Assembly: GCA_009925965.1 (NCBI GenBank)
Contig: RFPW01000001.1
Location: 1 to 31,206 of the forward strand
Reading direction: 5' to 3'
Source of the DNA: Betaproteobacteria bacterium
GTDB lineage: Bacteria; Pseudomonadota; Gammaproteobacteria; Burkholderiales; Burkholderiaceae_E
DNA: 31,206 nt
The notes under the pieces are model-generated. The model had not been told where the DNA came from and did not search any database. It saw only the letters and a program-made list of their open reading frames with translations. The position numbers and the translations under genes were made by a program. Numbering within the stretch: position 1 is the stretch's first letter; each line of letters starts with the position of its first letter. Below, one piece after another: positions 1-10,408 of the stretch.

Positions 1-1
1 G

Positions 2-91
2 AGGTTGATGGGTCACCGGAACATCGCTGTGACCGCCACCTACATCGACGCCAATGACGACATGCTGAGGAACGCGGTGGCGCTGCTGTGA
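2..91 (+). CDS. C-terminal end of a tyrosine recombinase/phage integrase (partial; runs off the left edge)
   Basis: Frame 2 reads RLMGHRNIAVTATYIDANDDMLRNAVALL*, i.e. the box II L-x-G-H-x5-T-x-x-Y motif with the catalytic His and Tyr. Stop TGA at 89-91. Only 29 residues are visible, so intactness is unknown. Confidence 0.75.
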   Translation, partial: RLMGHRNIAVTATYIDANDDMLRNAVALL

Positions 92-124
92 TGTGGCATT
101 GGCAAAGGAAGAGTTGGCAGAGCG

Positions 125-523
125 TCAACGCTGCCGATGCTGTGTACCCAAGCTCGCCGTCACGAAGAGCACAGTAGCCGTGTTTTCTAGGTCCGCAGCG
201 TGCCAGATACCCTGTTGATTAATCACACAGCGACCCTAGGGCAGATGCGTGAACATTCACTCGCCGCTCAGGTCCTGCTGGATAAGGGATATCTCTCCCA
301 AAATGCAAATGACGACTTCATTACCATTGGGACGCATCTCCCACGTGTCCCACGACTTCGTGAAAGTGTGAAGGCTCACCAGCCTACCGTTCAGCCCGTC
401 ACCGAGGTGACACTTAATGTTAGCTTCGTACCAAGCCATCCCATCGGTGAACTCGGGTTCGGAGGCCGCCGTCGCGCCGATGCCAAGTTAAACGGGGTGC
501 GAATGAATGTCACTTCCAGTCAT
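125..523 (-). pseudogene. Cupin-domain protein pseudogene (three in-frame stops, no frameshift)
   Basis: One frame from ATG 523 to TGA 125-127 reads MTGSDIHSHPV*LGIGATAASEPEFTDGMAWYEAN...WDTWEMRPNGNEVVICILGEISLIQQDLSGE*MFTHLP*GRCVINQQGIWHAADLENTATVLFVTASLGTQHRQR*. It has cupin-like motif 1 (WEM-x-P-x-G-x-EVV) and motif 2 (IN-xx-G-x-WH-x-AD). Internal stops: TAA 488-490, TGA 257-259, TAG 236-238. Confidence 0.8.
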
Positions 524-615
524 GTTGGGCTTCCACATCGGTGAATAAAAGGGGCAAAAACTTGAATAGACTTTCCCGGTTAACTGAGGCGACTTAGAAA
601 CGCTAATCACAATAA

Positions 616-1083
616 TTGCCGGTAACCACAGGGGTAGAGCGCCATCTATGTGGCCGCAGAGAACATCCCGATGATCGACTGATTCGCCGGATCGAAATCA
701 GCCCTGATCTGAACGATGTGATCGTGTTTATGGTCAATAGCTATATCCGGCCCACGGACCTCAAGCACATGCAGCACCGGCACGTGCAGGTGGTCCGCCG
801 GGAATTCACCTACCTGAGATTGATGCTGCCACCCAGCAAGGGTCACAGCTTTCCCATCACCACAATGCCCTGGGCGGTCAAGGTCTATGAGCGCATTCGT
901 GCAAGACGGCTCAAGGCATCAGGTGGGCGGGACATACCCATCAATGAGTACGTGTTTTATCCCGAGTACCCCAATCGGGACTATGCGCTGAAGCAGATCC
1001 AGCGCCAGTTCGAAGTTCTGCTGGCCGTCACCGGGCTGCGGGTGAAAGGCGTCAAGGACCAGGATAACGACCGCACTCTCTAA
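616..1083 (+). pseudogene. Truncated tyrosine recombinase (integrase catalytic-domain remnant)
   Basis: IVFMVNSYIRPTD resembles box I with the catalytic Arg. The ORF ends RTL*SLP (cgc act ctc TAA agc ctg), where integrases read RTLYSLRH, so the stop replaces the Tyr of the Y-S-L-R-H motif. The N-terminal binding domain and the C-terminal His/Tyr box are absent. Confidence 0.7.
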
Positions 1084-1230
1084 AGCCTGCCGCGCGAACG
1101 TAGAGGTGTTTCGCACGACTTCGACGAACTTGAGGGGCGCAGTCCCTTACGACCACTCAGTGTAAGTACCCAGTGAATTCTTTCGGGGGCCATGATTCAA
1201 TCGGATAAAATTCGGATTGGAGATGGTTCT

Positions 1231-3322
1231 ATGCCCAGCGACATGACCTTACAACTCTCAGCACTTTGCGGACTCGCCGCAGTTGCCTACGGTTTCGTTC
1301 AGCGGCGCTGGATCCTCGGGCTGTCCGCCGGCAATGCCCGGATGCAGGAGATTGCGGACGCAATTCAGCAGGGTGCAGCCGCCTACCTGGCCCGTCAGTA
1401 CCGAACCATCGCCGTGGTGGGGGCCATCCTGTTCATCATCATCGCCTTGATCCCCGCCCTGGGCACGACGACCGCTTTTGCATTCGCCCTCGGCGCGACC
1501 CTCTCTGGCGCCTGTGGCTTCATTGGCATGAATGTTTCGGTGCGCGCCAATGTGCGGACGGCGCACGCAGCGTCTCAGGGTATTCCTGAAGCGCTGAATG
1601 TCGCCTTTCGCGGAGGTGCCATCACCGGCATGCTCGTCGTCGGACTTGGCCTTCTGGGGGTCAGCGGCATGTTCTGGGCGCTCACCCGGGACCTGAACGA
1701 CGCTGTTGGGGCAGCGGCAGGCGCGGAGCTTTCAACAAGACTCAAACCCTTGATGGGGTTCGCGTTCGGGTCTTCGCTGATTTCGATCTTTGCCCGACTG
1801 GGGGGGGGAATCTTCACCAAAGGGGCTGACGTCGGTGCCGATCTCGTCGGCAAAGTCGAAGCGGGTATCCCCGAGGATGATCCCCGCAACCCTGCCGTCA
1901 TCGCAGATAACGTCGGCGATAACGTTGGCGACTGCGCTGGAATGGCGGCGGACCTCTTCGAAACCTATGCCGTCACCCTGATCGCGACCATGGTCCTGGG
2001 CGCCCTAGTCGTCCCGGCTGCGCCAAAAGCTGCCGCCCTGTACCCAATTGCCTTGGGCGGATTTTCGATTCTGGCGTCGATCATCGGATGCCAATTCGTA
2101 AAGGGAACTCCCGGAATGAAAAACGTCATGCCAGCGCTCTACAAGGGCTTGGCTGTCGCCGGGGTGCTGTCTCTGATCGGTTTTTACTTTATCACTCAGG
2201 CCGTGATGCCGGACAACGCCATTCGCGAAACCGGCAGCCAGATCCGATTATTCGCATCGGCCACTGTTGGCCTCGTCCTCACGGCTGCGATGGTCTGGAT
2301 CACGGAGTACTACACCGGGACCGAGTACGCTCCGGTGCGCCATGTGGCGCAAGCGTCCACCACCGGCCATGGGACCAACATCATCGCCGGGCTTGGCGTC
2401 TCGATGCGATCGACCGCCTGGCCGGTTATTTTCGTTTGTCTGGCCATCCTCGCCGCCTATGGATGGGCTTTACGGGATCGCGACTGCGGCGATGTCCATG
2501 CTATCGATGGCCGGCATCATCGTCGCACTGGACGCCTACGGTCCCATCACGGATAACGCGGGCGGAATCGCCGAAATGGCCGACTTACCGGAGAGCGTTC
2601 GCAACGTCACGGACCCCCTGGACGCCGTGGGCAACACGACCAAAGCGGTCACCAAGGGCTATGCAATTGGTTCAGCAGGACTCGCAGCCCTCGTTCTGTT
2701 TGCCGACTACACCCACGCGCTGGAGGCGATCGGCAGGCACATTGTTTTTGATTTATCAAACCATCTGGTGATCGTCGGCCTGTTCATTGGCGGACTGATC
2801 CCCTATCTGTTTGGCGCGATGGCGATGGAGGCCGTTGGCCGGGCCGCTGGCGCAGTGGTCGAAGAGGTGCGTCGCCAGTTTCGCGACATCAAGGGCATCA
2901 TGGACGGGACGGGCAAACCGGAATACGGGCGCGCCGTCGACATGCTGACCACGGCAGCCATCCGCGAAATGATCATTCCGTCGCTGCTACCGGTCGTCGT
3001 TCCGGTAGCCGTCGGCTTGCTACTCGGCCCGGAGGCGCTGGGCGGACTTTTGATGGGCACGATCGTGACCGGTCTCTTTGTCGCCATCTCGATGTGTACT
3101 GGCGGTGGCGCCTGGGACAATGCCAAAAAATATATCGAAGAGGGTAATTTTGGCGGTAAAGGGTCCGAGGCTCACAAGGCCGCTGTGACCGGAGACACCG
3201 TTGGCGACCCCTACAAGGACACTGCTGGCCCGGCGATTAACCCCTTGATCAAGATCATCAACATCGTGGCGTTGCTGATTGTCCCCCTGTTGGGCACTGG
3301 ACTGTTGAACGTGGGCGGCTAG
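1231..3322 (+). pseudogene. hppA: K+-independent membrane H+-translocating pyrophosphatase, split by a frameshift near 2461-2467 (pseudogene or assembly error)
   Basis: The 5' ORF (1192..2556) has [46 protein letters not shown]. The 3' ORF (to 3322) has [39 protein letters not shown] and [20 protein letters not shown] (Lys) is the established marker of K+-independent M-PPases. The frame switches +1 at ...GCC TAT GGA T GGG CTT TAC. Start chosen at ATG 1231 (GGAG upstream); ATG 1243 is also possible. Confidence 0.88.
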
Positions 3323-3369
3323 CGGAGCACTCTACCGGGGGCCCCCTGGTCATGCGCTTCATGCGTGGG

Positions 3370-3909
3370 TCACTGGGGGTTCTCTTGGTTAAATCGGCGC
3401 ACGCCTTCCAGAATTTCCTGTTTGGCGGAGTCCGGTCCCTCCCAACCTTGCACCTTGACCCATTTCCCGGCCTCGAGATCCTTGTAGTGCTCAAAAAAGT
3501 GCTGAATGGCCTTCAGACGCAAGGGGTTCATGTCTTCGGGTTTCTGCCAGTGGGTATAAATGGGCAGGATCCTGTCCTCAGGCACCGCGAGTAACTTCGC
3601 GTCACCGCCGGCCTCATCATCCATCTTGAGCACGCCAATCGGACGGCAACTGACCACCACCCCAGGAATCAGTGGAAACGGCGTAATCACCAACACATCA
3701 ACCGGATCGCCATCATCGGCGATGGTCTTCGGTACATACCCGTAGTTGCAGGGATAGTGCATCGACGTGCTCATGAACCGGTCGACGAAGATCGCTCTTG
3801 TCTTTTTGTCGACCTCGTATTTGATCGGATCAGAATTCATCGGGATTTCGATAATCACGTTGAAATGCTCAGGGGCTCGTTTCCCTGGTCCGACTCGATC
3901 AAGATTCAT
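3370..3909 (-). CDS. ppa: Soluble inorganic pyrophosphatase, family I
   Basis: [30 protein letters not shown] signature, [10 protein letters not shown]; GGAG RBS upstream; 179 aa. Confidence 0.97.
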   Translation of the reverse strand: MNLDRVGPGKRAPEHFNVIIEIPMNSDPIKYEVDKKTRAIFVDRFMSTSMHYPCNYGYVPKTIADDGDPVDVLVITPFPLIPGVVVSCRPIGVLKMDDEAGGDAKLLAVPEDRILPIYTHWQKPEDMNPLRLKAIQHFFEHYKDLEAGKWVKVQGWEGPDSAKQEILEGVRRFNQENPQ

Positions 3910-3960
3910 GCGGTGCTCCGATACGGCGATAGATTTGAAGCGCGAGATGATAACAAGTCG

Positions 3961-5253
3961 TCAGGCGTCGATCGCCGGCGGCGCCACCGGTGCGGCGGTT
4001 TTTACGCCGATTTGTGCGCCGATCTGCGTACCGATCGGGGACGACATACTCAAGCCCAAACCCCTAGTCCCGTGCGCCGATTCAGCGCTCGCCATCGCAC
4101 TCGCACGCCAGTGTTCCGCAGCCTGTGTTGACTCGCCCAAGGCCTCATGCAAACGCGCCAATGCCCCATGAATCGGCGCCGATCCGGGGGCGAAGCGTAA
4201 CGCCTGCGTCAGATATTCACGCGCTTTGCCCCACAACTTTTCGAGGAGACAAAGTTCGCCAAGAAGCAGGAGCAATTCGCTCTCCGTTGGATATCGTGCC
4301 CGCCATTGCTCGGCGCGCGCGAGACGATCGCGAGGCGCCACCCCTTCGATCCGCGCATATTGAGCGCCGAGGCGGGACGACCATTCCTGTTCGAGTACGG
4401 CTTCGATGATCCGGCAGGAGGCTTCACGATCACCTGCCCGAACAAACGCTCGGGCGGCCGCATCGGCAATCGGAATCACTTGTCGATCGCGTTCAGCTAC
4501 TTCATTCCAGGATCGACGCACCGAGACCAAATCATCGGTTGCTGCATCAAAGAGCGCTGTATGGGCCGTGATTCGCAACCGCATTGAAACCGTCGGGTGC
4601 AGCGCATCGCGCTTATCTAACGAACGCAGGGTGCGCAAGACCGCTGACCAATTTCCGGCCTGCTCATAAGCCCGCAATGCCACACGTTGAGCGTAGAGAT
4701 GCCGCGCACCACCAGCCTGCATCGCCGTCAGCGCCTCGATCGCAGATTCGGCCCGACGCTCCTCCACCGCCAATTCCGCCCGGGTCATTAGCAGGGCCTG
4801 CTGCAAACGGGCGTCGTCGGTCACCCGATTGAGCCAAGCATCACGCCGACCGAATTCCTGCAGACGATGCGCCGCGCGTGCCGCAACCAATGCCGCCGTT
4901 CCAGCCAACGCCGGCACCTCCTGAGCCGTTTGTGCCATGCGCTCGCTACGACCGAACCGTCCCTCAAAAAACGCCAACACCGCATCGCGCAGCGCATCTG
5001 TGGCCAACTGAGCGCGGCGACGTTCTCGGTACTCGCGCACCCGACCGGGTAACTCCAGGGCACGGCGGATCCCAATCAGAAACAGATGAAAAAAAACAAA
5101 TCCTAAGGTCAGAATCAGCGCCACCAAATTGACCGATGCATCGATCCGATAAGGGGGCCAGAGGATCGACACGTTGCCGATGTTGACGCGTGCGAGCAAA
5201 GCGACCGCCACAGCGACTGCGAATAGCAAAATCGACCAGATTAACCAGCGCAT
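3961..5253 (-). CDS. hemY: HemY N-terminal-domain/TPR membrane protein of the hemCDXY cluster (not the flavoprotein oxidase)
   Basis: MRWLIW.ILLFAVAVAVALL..N.GNV.I.WPPYRIDAS.N N-terminus with two hydrophobic helices, followed by an Ala/Leu/Arg-rich TPR-like body; lies directly downstream of hemX. Confidence 0.85.
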   Translation of the reverse strand: MRWLIWSILLFAVAVAVALLARVNIGNVSILWPPYRIDASVNLVALILTLGFVFFHLFLIGIRRALELPGRVREYRERRRAQLATDALRDAVLAFFEGRFGRSERMAQTAQEVPALAGTAALVAARAAHRLQEFGRRDAWLNRVTDDARLQQALLMTRAELAVEERRAESAIEALTAMQAGGARHLYAQRVALRAYEQAGNWSAVLRTLRSLDKRDALHPTVSMRLRITAHTALFDAATDDLVSVRRSWNEVAERDRQVIPIADAAARAFVRAGDREASCRIIEAVLEQEWSSRLGAQYARIEGVAPRDRLARAEQWRARYPTESELLLLLGELCLLEKLWGKAREYLTQALRFAPGSAPIHGALARLHEALGESTQAAEHWRASAMASAESAHGTRGLGLSMSSPIGTQIGAQIGVKTAAPVAPPAIDA

Positions 5254-5260
5254 CGCGAAC

Positions 5261-6529
5261 CTAGCCTGGCTCGCGGGCAGCCCGCACCAATCGGATCGCG
5301 GAGAGACTCTGATGGATCGAGGGCAACGGGACGTTACTACTGACCGAACGAATCTGATCTAAGGTCAGGATGGCCTGCGCAACTAAACGCTGATCGCGGT
5401 CAAACCAGTGCTCGAGCGTTTCGACAGCCTGCTCGATATCAAACCGGAGGATGGCATCGTTTCGGGTCAATAACGCCCAACGTGCCTGGGCAAGCCGCAG
5501 CTTCAGGTTTTCACGGACGAACCAGGCCTGCTCGGGCGCCAGCAACATCGCATCTGGCCGGTCAATTCGCCGCACGCGCACCCAATGGCCGAGTTCCTGA
5601 AAGACCAGCGACCAATCGGCCAGACGTCGCGTCCAACCCTCGGGGCCCAGACCGAGTAATGCAGCGAGCCGAGCGGGGCTCAGGAGGCTATCCGACGTTG
5701 CTCCCGAAGTTGCTCCCGACGATTCACGCGACGATTCAATCGATGGCGCCGCGGGCTTATTAATCTTAGGGTTTGTGCGGTCATCGGGCTTGCCCGGCAA
5801 CCGAGGCTCCGATAACAGGGGCATCTTGTCTATGCCCTCAGAGATCGTTTCTAGTTTTGCGGCAAGCGCACCCACGTCAACCGCCTCGGCCTGCCGCAAG
5901 AGCACCAGATCCGCTGCCACGGCCCGCCGTATCGGGGATTGCAAGGGTAGTCTGATTCGGTCGAGCCTTGCGTCCGCCTCCTGCAGCGCGAGCAATGCCG
6001 CGCGCACATTCCCACCCAATTGCAATTGTTGAGATGCAGAAACCAAGGTTGATTCCACCTCGGCCAACACCGCATCGTTGCGGGATTGCGCTAGCTCCTG
6101 ATAGAGCCGCTCGAGTTGCGCCTGCTGCGCCACCGAATCACTCAGTTTGGCCTCAAGTGCCGCAAGCCGATTTTGGGAATCACGCAAAGCGTCAGTGGCT
6201 TGCCGCAACTGCGAGCCCGTATCCGCGAGATTCCTTTCTGCCCCTTGTAATCGACGCACCACCTCACGCTCGACTACATCGGCACGCTTCGCAATCCACC
6301 ATCCCCCAAACAACGTCAAGGCGATCGCAAGCACGGACAAAACGAGCGGCCGGTCAATCGCTGGCAGAGACCAACGCCAACGCCACGGATTCGGGCGAGG
6401 TGGTTCCTCCAGCATCACCACCGACTCAAGGCCAGACTCCGCTGCAGACGCTCCGGCGAGTCCTTCCGGCCCCGCCATTGCGGGCGCAGCGCTGCCTTCA
6501 GTCAGGGGTATTGTCGAGGGATTGACCAC
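5261..6529 (-). CDS. hemX: HemX-family membrane-anchored coiled-coil protein
   Basis: One TM segment (LVLSVLAIALTLFGGWWIA), then a coiled coil, LAEVESTLVSASQQLQL.GNVRAALLALQEAD and LLAPEQAWFVRENLKLRL. Start uncertain: GTG 6529, ATG 6478 or ORF-track 6661. Confidence 0.8.
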   Translation of the reverse strand: MVNPSTIPLTEGSAAPAMAGPEGLAGASAAESGLESVVMLEEPPRPNPWRWRWSLPAIDRPLVLSVLAIALTLFGGWWIAKRADVVEREVVRRLQGAERNLADTGSQLRQATDALRDSQNRLAALEAKLSDSVAQQAQLERLYQELAQSRNDAVLAEVESTLVSASQQLQLGGNVRAALLALQEADARLDRIRLPLQSPIRRAVAADLVLLRQAEAVDVGALAAKLETISEGIDKMPLLSEPRLPGKPDDRTNPKINKPAAPSIESSRESSGATSGATSDSLLSPARLAALLGLGPEGWTRRLADWSLVFQELGHWVRVRRIDRPDAMLLAPEQAWFVRENLKLRLAQARWALLTRNDAILRFDIEQAVETLEHWFDRDQRLVAQAILTLDQIRSVSSNVPLPSIHQSLSAIRLVRAAREPG

Positions 6530-7350
6530 AGGTCTGATGATAACGCGGCGTCCAGAGCAGACGCCCCCGGTGGGATTCGCTGAATCGAATGAAAACCCGC
6601 ATTGATCAATGATTGTTCGATTCGGGGATGGATTGTCAAAAAGGGCTGCGCGTGCATCCACCTCTGGGCTGTTAACGGCCAGTCCGCAGCAATGCGATTC
6701 AGGGCCTCAGCCGTTGATGATTGAGTTACGACCCCCACCCAGGCCGCCCGTCGTGAACAAAGCACGTTTAATCGGTCGATCGCTCCACTATCGGGCTCGC
6801 AGCGTTGATTGCGGTACGCCGTTAACCAATCACATGCGATGCCCATCGGCTGGAATTCTGCTGCCCAATCGGTCCCGCTCGTAGCGCCGCCAACCACCAG
6901 TATCCGACCGGCTCTGACGCCCTCCTCCCGGATTGAGTCCAGCAATGAACGGGCGTCCCAGGGTGCTCGCTTCGGAGCCATGCAGCGCACCGACGGCGGC
7001 AACCCAGCCGACGTCAAAGCCTCGAACGTCCCCGGGCCAACCGTGGCAACCGCGATGGCGTCGGGCCATTCGCTCAGGTCGGACGATTGAGCCTCGCCCT
7101 GAAAAGCCAGCACTGCGCTTGGACTTACGAAGACGACGACATCCCAACCCGGGTCCTCTCCTGCGAAGGGATCGCCAGCACGAAAAATATGCGATCGAGC
7201 AACCGCGACGGCATCGGCAAAAGGAGCGATCTCCAGGATCGAAAACGGGAGTACGAGAGGATCATAGCCTTGCCTGGACAGACCTACAGCGATGGTCGTC
7301 ACCCTCGGAGCCGGCTGAGTTAACAAGACTACTCTGGCGCTGGAAGTCAC
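6502..7350 (-). CDS. hemD: Uroporphyrinogen-III synthase (divergent)
   Basis: VLLTQP..., DVVVFVSPSAV, ATVGPGT..AL, AYRN, TIHPRI motifs; position between hemC and hemX. Confidence 0.8.
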   Translation of the reverse strand: MTSSARVVLLTQPAPRVTTIAVGLSRQGYDPLVLPFSILEIAPFADAVAVARSHIFRAGDPFAGEDPGWDVVVFVSPSAVLAFQGEAQSSDLSEWPDAIAVATVGPGTFEALTSAGLPPSVRCMAPKRAPWDARSLLDSIREEGVRAGRILVVGGATSGTDWAAEFQPMGIACDWLTAYRNQRCEPDSGAIDRLNVLCSRRAAWVGVVTQSSTAEALNRIAADWPLTAQRWMHAQPFLTIHPRIEQSLINAGFHSIQRIPPGASALDAALSSDLWSIPRQYP

Positions 7351-7396
7351 CGCTTAGGCTCGGACACGCGCAAAAAGCGCGGCACTGCAATACCGA

Positions 7397-8338
7397 TCAA
7401 GACGCCAAAATCGCTTCGGCGCCCTGGTCGCGTAGTGCAAGCGCGGCCTGCTCGCCGAGGGCTTCTGCTGCCGCCAAGGTTTCCTCGCGGGTCTCAAGCA
7501 CCACGCGGGCGATTCTTGCTCCGTTGATCGACGCAACTAAAGCTTCAAGCCGCAACCCACCTGACGCCTCTCGAGTCGCGAAGGCAGCCAGCGGAACCCG
7601 GCAACTTCCGCCCAAGGCCCGCGAAACGGCGCGTTCAGCCGTGACAGCCAATCGGGTATCGCGATCTTCAAGCGTGGACAGCATGGCAGCCATGTCGTGT
7701 CGATCCGACCGAATCTCGATCCCCAACGCCCCCTGACCAGGCGCTGGCAGACTGTCAACTGGCGGAATCACTGCCCGAATTCGCTCGGCAAGACCAAGGC
7801 GCTTTAACCCTGCGGCCGCGAGCACAATCGCATCAAATTCACCCCGATCAAGTTTCGCCAGACGAGTATCCAGGTTTCCTCGAAGCGGGAGTACTTCACA
7901 GTGCGGAAAGCGCGCTCGCAGCAAAGACGCGCGACGCAAGCTCGAGGTCCCGATCTTTGCCCCTGCCGGCAGAGCCTCGAAGGAGGCATAGGCGGGTGAA
8001 ACGAAGGCGTCGCGCGGATCTTCACGAGGCAAAATCGCCGCCAGCGAGAAGCCGTCGGGCAACTGCATCGGAACATCCTTGAGGGAATGCACCGCAAGAT
8101 CGGCGCGACCATCCATCAACGCCGTTTCAAGTTCTTTTGTGAACAGGCCCTTGCCGCCCACCTCGTGAAGTGCGCGATCTAGAATTTGGTCGCCTTGCGT
8201 CGTCATCCCGAGCAAGGTAACCGCACCCTCAGGCAAACCGGCCGACAATAACGACCGAACATGCTCGGCCTGCCAAAGTGCCAGCCGACTCTCGCGGGTG
8301 GCGATGACCACTCGCTTCGTGGAAGACTCCTGCACCAC
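7397..8338 (-). CDS. hemC: Porphobilinogen deaminase (hydroxymethylbilane synthase)
   Basis: [51 protein letters not shown], cofactor Cys in GGSCRVP. Confidence 0.97.
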   Translation of the reverse strand: MVQESSTKRVVIATRESRLALWQAEHVRSLLSAGLPEGAVTLLGMTTQGDQILDRALHEVGGKGLFTKELETALMDGRADLAVHSLKDVPMQLPDGFSLAAILPREDPRDAFVSPAYASFEALPAGAKIGTSSLRRASLLRARFPHCEVLPLRGNLDTRLAKLDRGEFDAIVLAAAGLKRLGLAERIRAVIPPVDSLPAPGQGALGIEIRSDRHDMAAMLSTLEDRDTRLAVTAERAVSRALGGSCRVPLAAFATREASGGLRLEALVASINGARIARVVLETREETLAAAEALGEQAALALRDQGAEAILAS

Positions 8339-8393
8339 GATCCCCTTCTTGTCGTAAGGGAAACGATGTTACACCGCCCCCGGCGAACGAGGT

Positions 8394-9185
8394 CTAGGAC
8401 ACCAGCCCCTTCACCATGGACCATTGTCGGCGCGAGACTGGTAGGCGCTCGGTGATTTCACGTAATACAACCTGCCAGTAAGGATCCCCCCCCTCGCTCT
8501 CGCCCTGCGCCACCCGCTCAAACCCGCCGATAGAGTCTCTTGCCACCAACGCATTGCGATGGATCCGAACGAAGCGTTCGCCGAACTCTTCCTCAAGTGC
8601 GGTGAGAGATTCCTCAATGAGGTACTCACGCTCGACCGTGCGGACGGTAATGTATTTCAGCTCAGCCTTGAGATAAATCACCTGCTCAACCGGCACCAGA
8701 ATCACACGTCCGCGTTCATGGACCGAGAGATGGCGGCGGCGGGTCAACGTCGCGCGAGCCAATTGATCGATCGCGTGCCAGTGCTCGGCGGGGCGAATCG
8801 TGAGGGCCCTGCGCAGCGCGGCCAGCAGGCGCTGCGCTCGCACGGGTTTCAGGAGATAGTCCACCGCATTCAGTTCGAACGCCTCGACCGCAAATTCATC
8901 GTGTGCCGTCACGAAAACCACGAGTGGCTGGCTGCGATCAGGTTCAGCATGCACTCGGGCGGACATATGGCGCGCGAGTTCAAGCCCTGACATCCCTGGC
9001 ATCTGGACGTCGAGCAGGACGATGCCCGGCCTCTGTGAATCAATCAACGCCAACGCGTCTGGTGCATTACCCGCCTCTCCGACGATGCGATGCGGGAATT
9101 CATCTACGAGATCTGCCAAGAGTTCACGAAGGCGCCTGCAGGCCGGCTCTTCGTCATCAACGATCAAGATGCTGGTTTCAGTCAT
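8394..9185 (-). CDS. algR: LytTR-family response regulator (AlgR-like)
   Basis: Receiver ILIVDDE...LLDVQMPG...FVTAHD..A..AF...AVDYLLKP has all catalytic residues; C-terminal LytTR domain (IYLKAELKYITVRT, FVRIHRNALV, LPVSRR). ATG 9185 overlaps the sensor's stop; ORF-track start 9221 is an alternative. Confidence 0.9.
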   Translation of the reverse strand: MTETSILIVDDEEPACRRLRELLADLVDEFPHRIVGEAGNAPDALALIDSQRPGIVLLDVQMPGMSGLELARHMSARVHAEPDRSQPLVVFVTAHDEFAVEAFELNAVDYLLKPVRAQRLLAALRRALTIRPAEHWHAIDQLARATLTRRRHLSVHERGRVILVPVEQVIYLKAELKYITVRTVEREYLIEESLTALEEEFGERFVRIHRNALVARDSIGGFERVAQGESEGGDPYWQVVLREITERLPVSRRQWSMVKGLVS

Positions 9186-10362
9186 GGCGCCCCCGGCGTT
9201 CGGATCGGTAGGGAAAATCAAGGGTGAGGCGGAACCGATCCCCTTCGGTGTCCATTCGGAGTTCGGCTTCCATGTCGAACAGCAGCATTAATCGTTCTCG
9301 CACATTGGACAGCGCCATTTGGTTGCCCATTCGGCCGGATCCCAACCCTTTCGGGGGCAAGGGATTGATAATTTCGATACGAATCCGGTCAACCCTCAAT
9401 CGGCCCGAAATCTCGATCTGACCAGCGACCGCCAAGGGTTCAATGCCGTGGTGTACCGCGTTCTCAATCAGCGGTTGAATCAGCAAGGAAGGCACCAGGG
9501 CGTCCATTGGAAGGTTGTCTAAAGCCCACCTGACATGAAGACGAGGATTGAGCCTTAGGGTTTCGATCGCGAGGTACTGGCGACAGGTCTCAATCTCAGC
9601 TGATAAGGGGACGAGTTCGCGGGTGTCGCGCATGAAAACCCGGAACAACTCAGCCAGATCCTGCAGGGTGGACTCGGCCTGCCGCGGATCGGAGCGCAAG
9701 AGGCCGAGCACCGTATTGAGACTATTGAATAAAAAGTGCGGTCGGATCCTGGCCTGTAAGGCGATCAGTCTGGCTTCTGACAACGAAGGGGAGTAGGCCC
9801 TTGCCCGTAACTGAAAGTGGTTCAGGATGGCAAAACTCGCGACCACGCTGGCCAGCACGCGTAGACCAACCCACAGCCAGGGTTCAAGCGGCGTTGCCGC
9901 CCCAAGGACGATAGACACCGTGCCAACCAGCCCCATGAAAGCCGCAGGAACCCCGAGCCCAACCGACCACTGAAGCACTCGGGACCGACCGACAACGAAA
10001 GGGCGCAGGAAGCAAAGGGACGTCAGCGCTCCCCCAGCAGTAACCGATGCAAGGCTAAGATTTGCGACCATCAGCGTCGACCACGCCGCCAGATGCTCGG
10101 CAACCAACAAGGCGCCCATCGTGATGCCGGCCAGAAGCAGGAGAACCACACGCAGGGCCACCCCAGGGTTGCAGCAGTCCGGCAACACCGGCACCTCAGC
10201 ACCATCCACGAGTCGACGAAGCGGGTGAACCGTTCGCGAAGAGTCCAAGATTGGCGGGGGCGGCGACCAGAGCGCGGCGCCTACGAGGATTCCAGACTCC
10301 GATTGTTGCCGACGCTCAGGCGGCTTGGGTGTTTCGAATCGGGGGTGGGCGCGCGAGAACAA
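9178..10362 (-). CDS. algZ: LytS/AlgZ(FimS)-type sensor histidine kinase
   Basis: Four N-terminal hydrophobic segments; H-box [15 protein letters not shown]; L..EI.....YL.IE..R; N-box [13 protein letters not shown]; [13 protein letters not shown]. True start uncertain (may be downstream of 10362). Confidence 0.85.
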   Translation of the reverse strand: MFSRAHPRFETPKPPERRQQSESGILVGAALWSPPPPILDSSRTVHPLRRLVDGAEVPVLPDCCNPGVALRVVLLLLAGITMGALLVAEHLAAWSTLMVANLSLASVTAGGALTSLCFLRPFVVGRSRVLQWSVGLGVPAAFMGLVGTVSIVLGAATPLEPWLWVGLRVLASVVASFAILNHFQLRARAYSPSLSEARLIALQARIRPHFLFNSLNTVLGLLRSDPRQAESTLQDLAELFRVFMRDTRELVPLSAEIETCRQYLAIETLRLNPRLHVRWALDNLPMDALVPSLLIQPLIENAVHHGIEPLAVAGQIEISGRLRVDRIRIEIINPLPPKGLGSGRMGNQMALSNVRERLMLLFDMEAELRMDTEGDRFRLTLDFPYRSERRGRHD

Positions 10363-10408
10363 TGGGCTGCACCGGAAGTTGCCCTATATCATCCGGTCAG
10401 GAGCCACT

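Noticed and set aside
200-544. 114-aa plus-strand ORF
   Set aside because: Antisense shadow of the cupin pseudogene; no recognisable motifs.
125-1083. Stop-codon reassignment explaining the in-frame stops in the cupin and integrase
   Set aside because: All three stop types occur, and all three terminate intact core genes normally in this window.
1800-1808. G9 homopolymer in hppA as a phase-variation switch
   Set aside because: It is in frame and simply encodes the conserved L-G-G-G motif; the actual frameshift is about 660 bp downstream.
3334-3350. GC hairpin ACCGGGGGCCCCCTGGT between hppA and ppa as a terminator
   Set aside because: Very short loop and no U-tract on either strand; not supportable as an intrinsic terminator.
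6502-6661. hemD/hemX overlap as a frameshifted HemDX fusion
   Set aside because: HemD ends at a normal position and hemX has plausible starts (6529, 6478) near the hemD stop; ordinary overlapping genes explain it.
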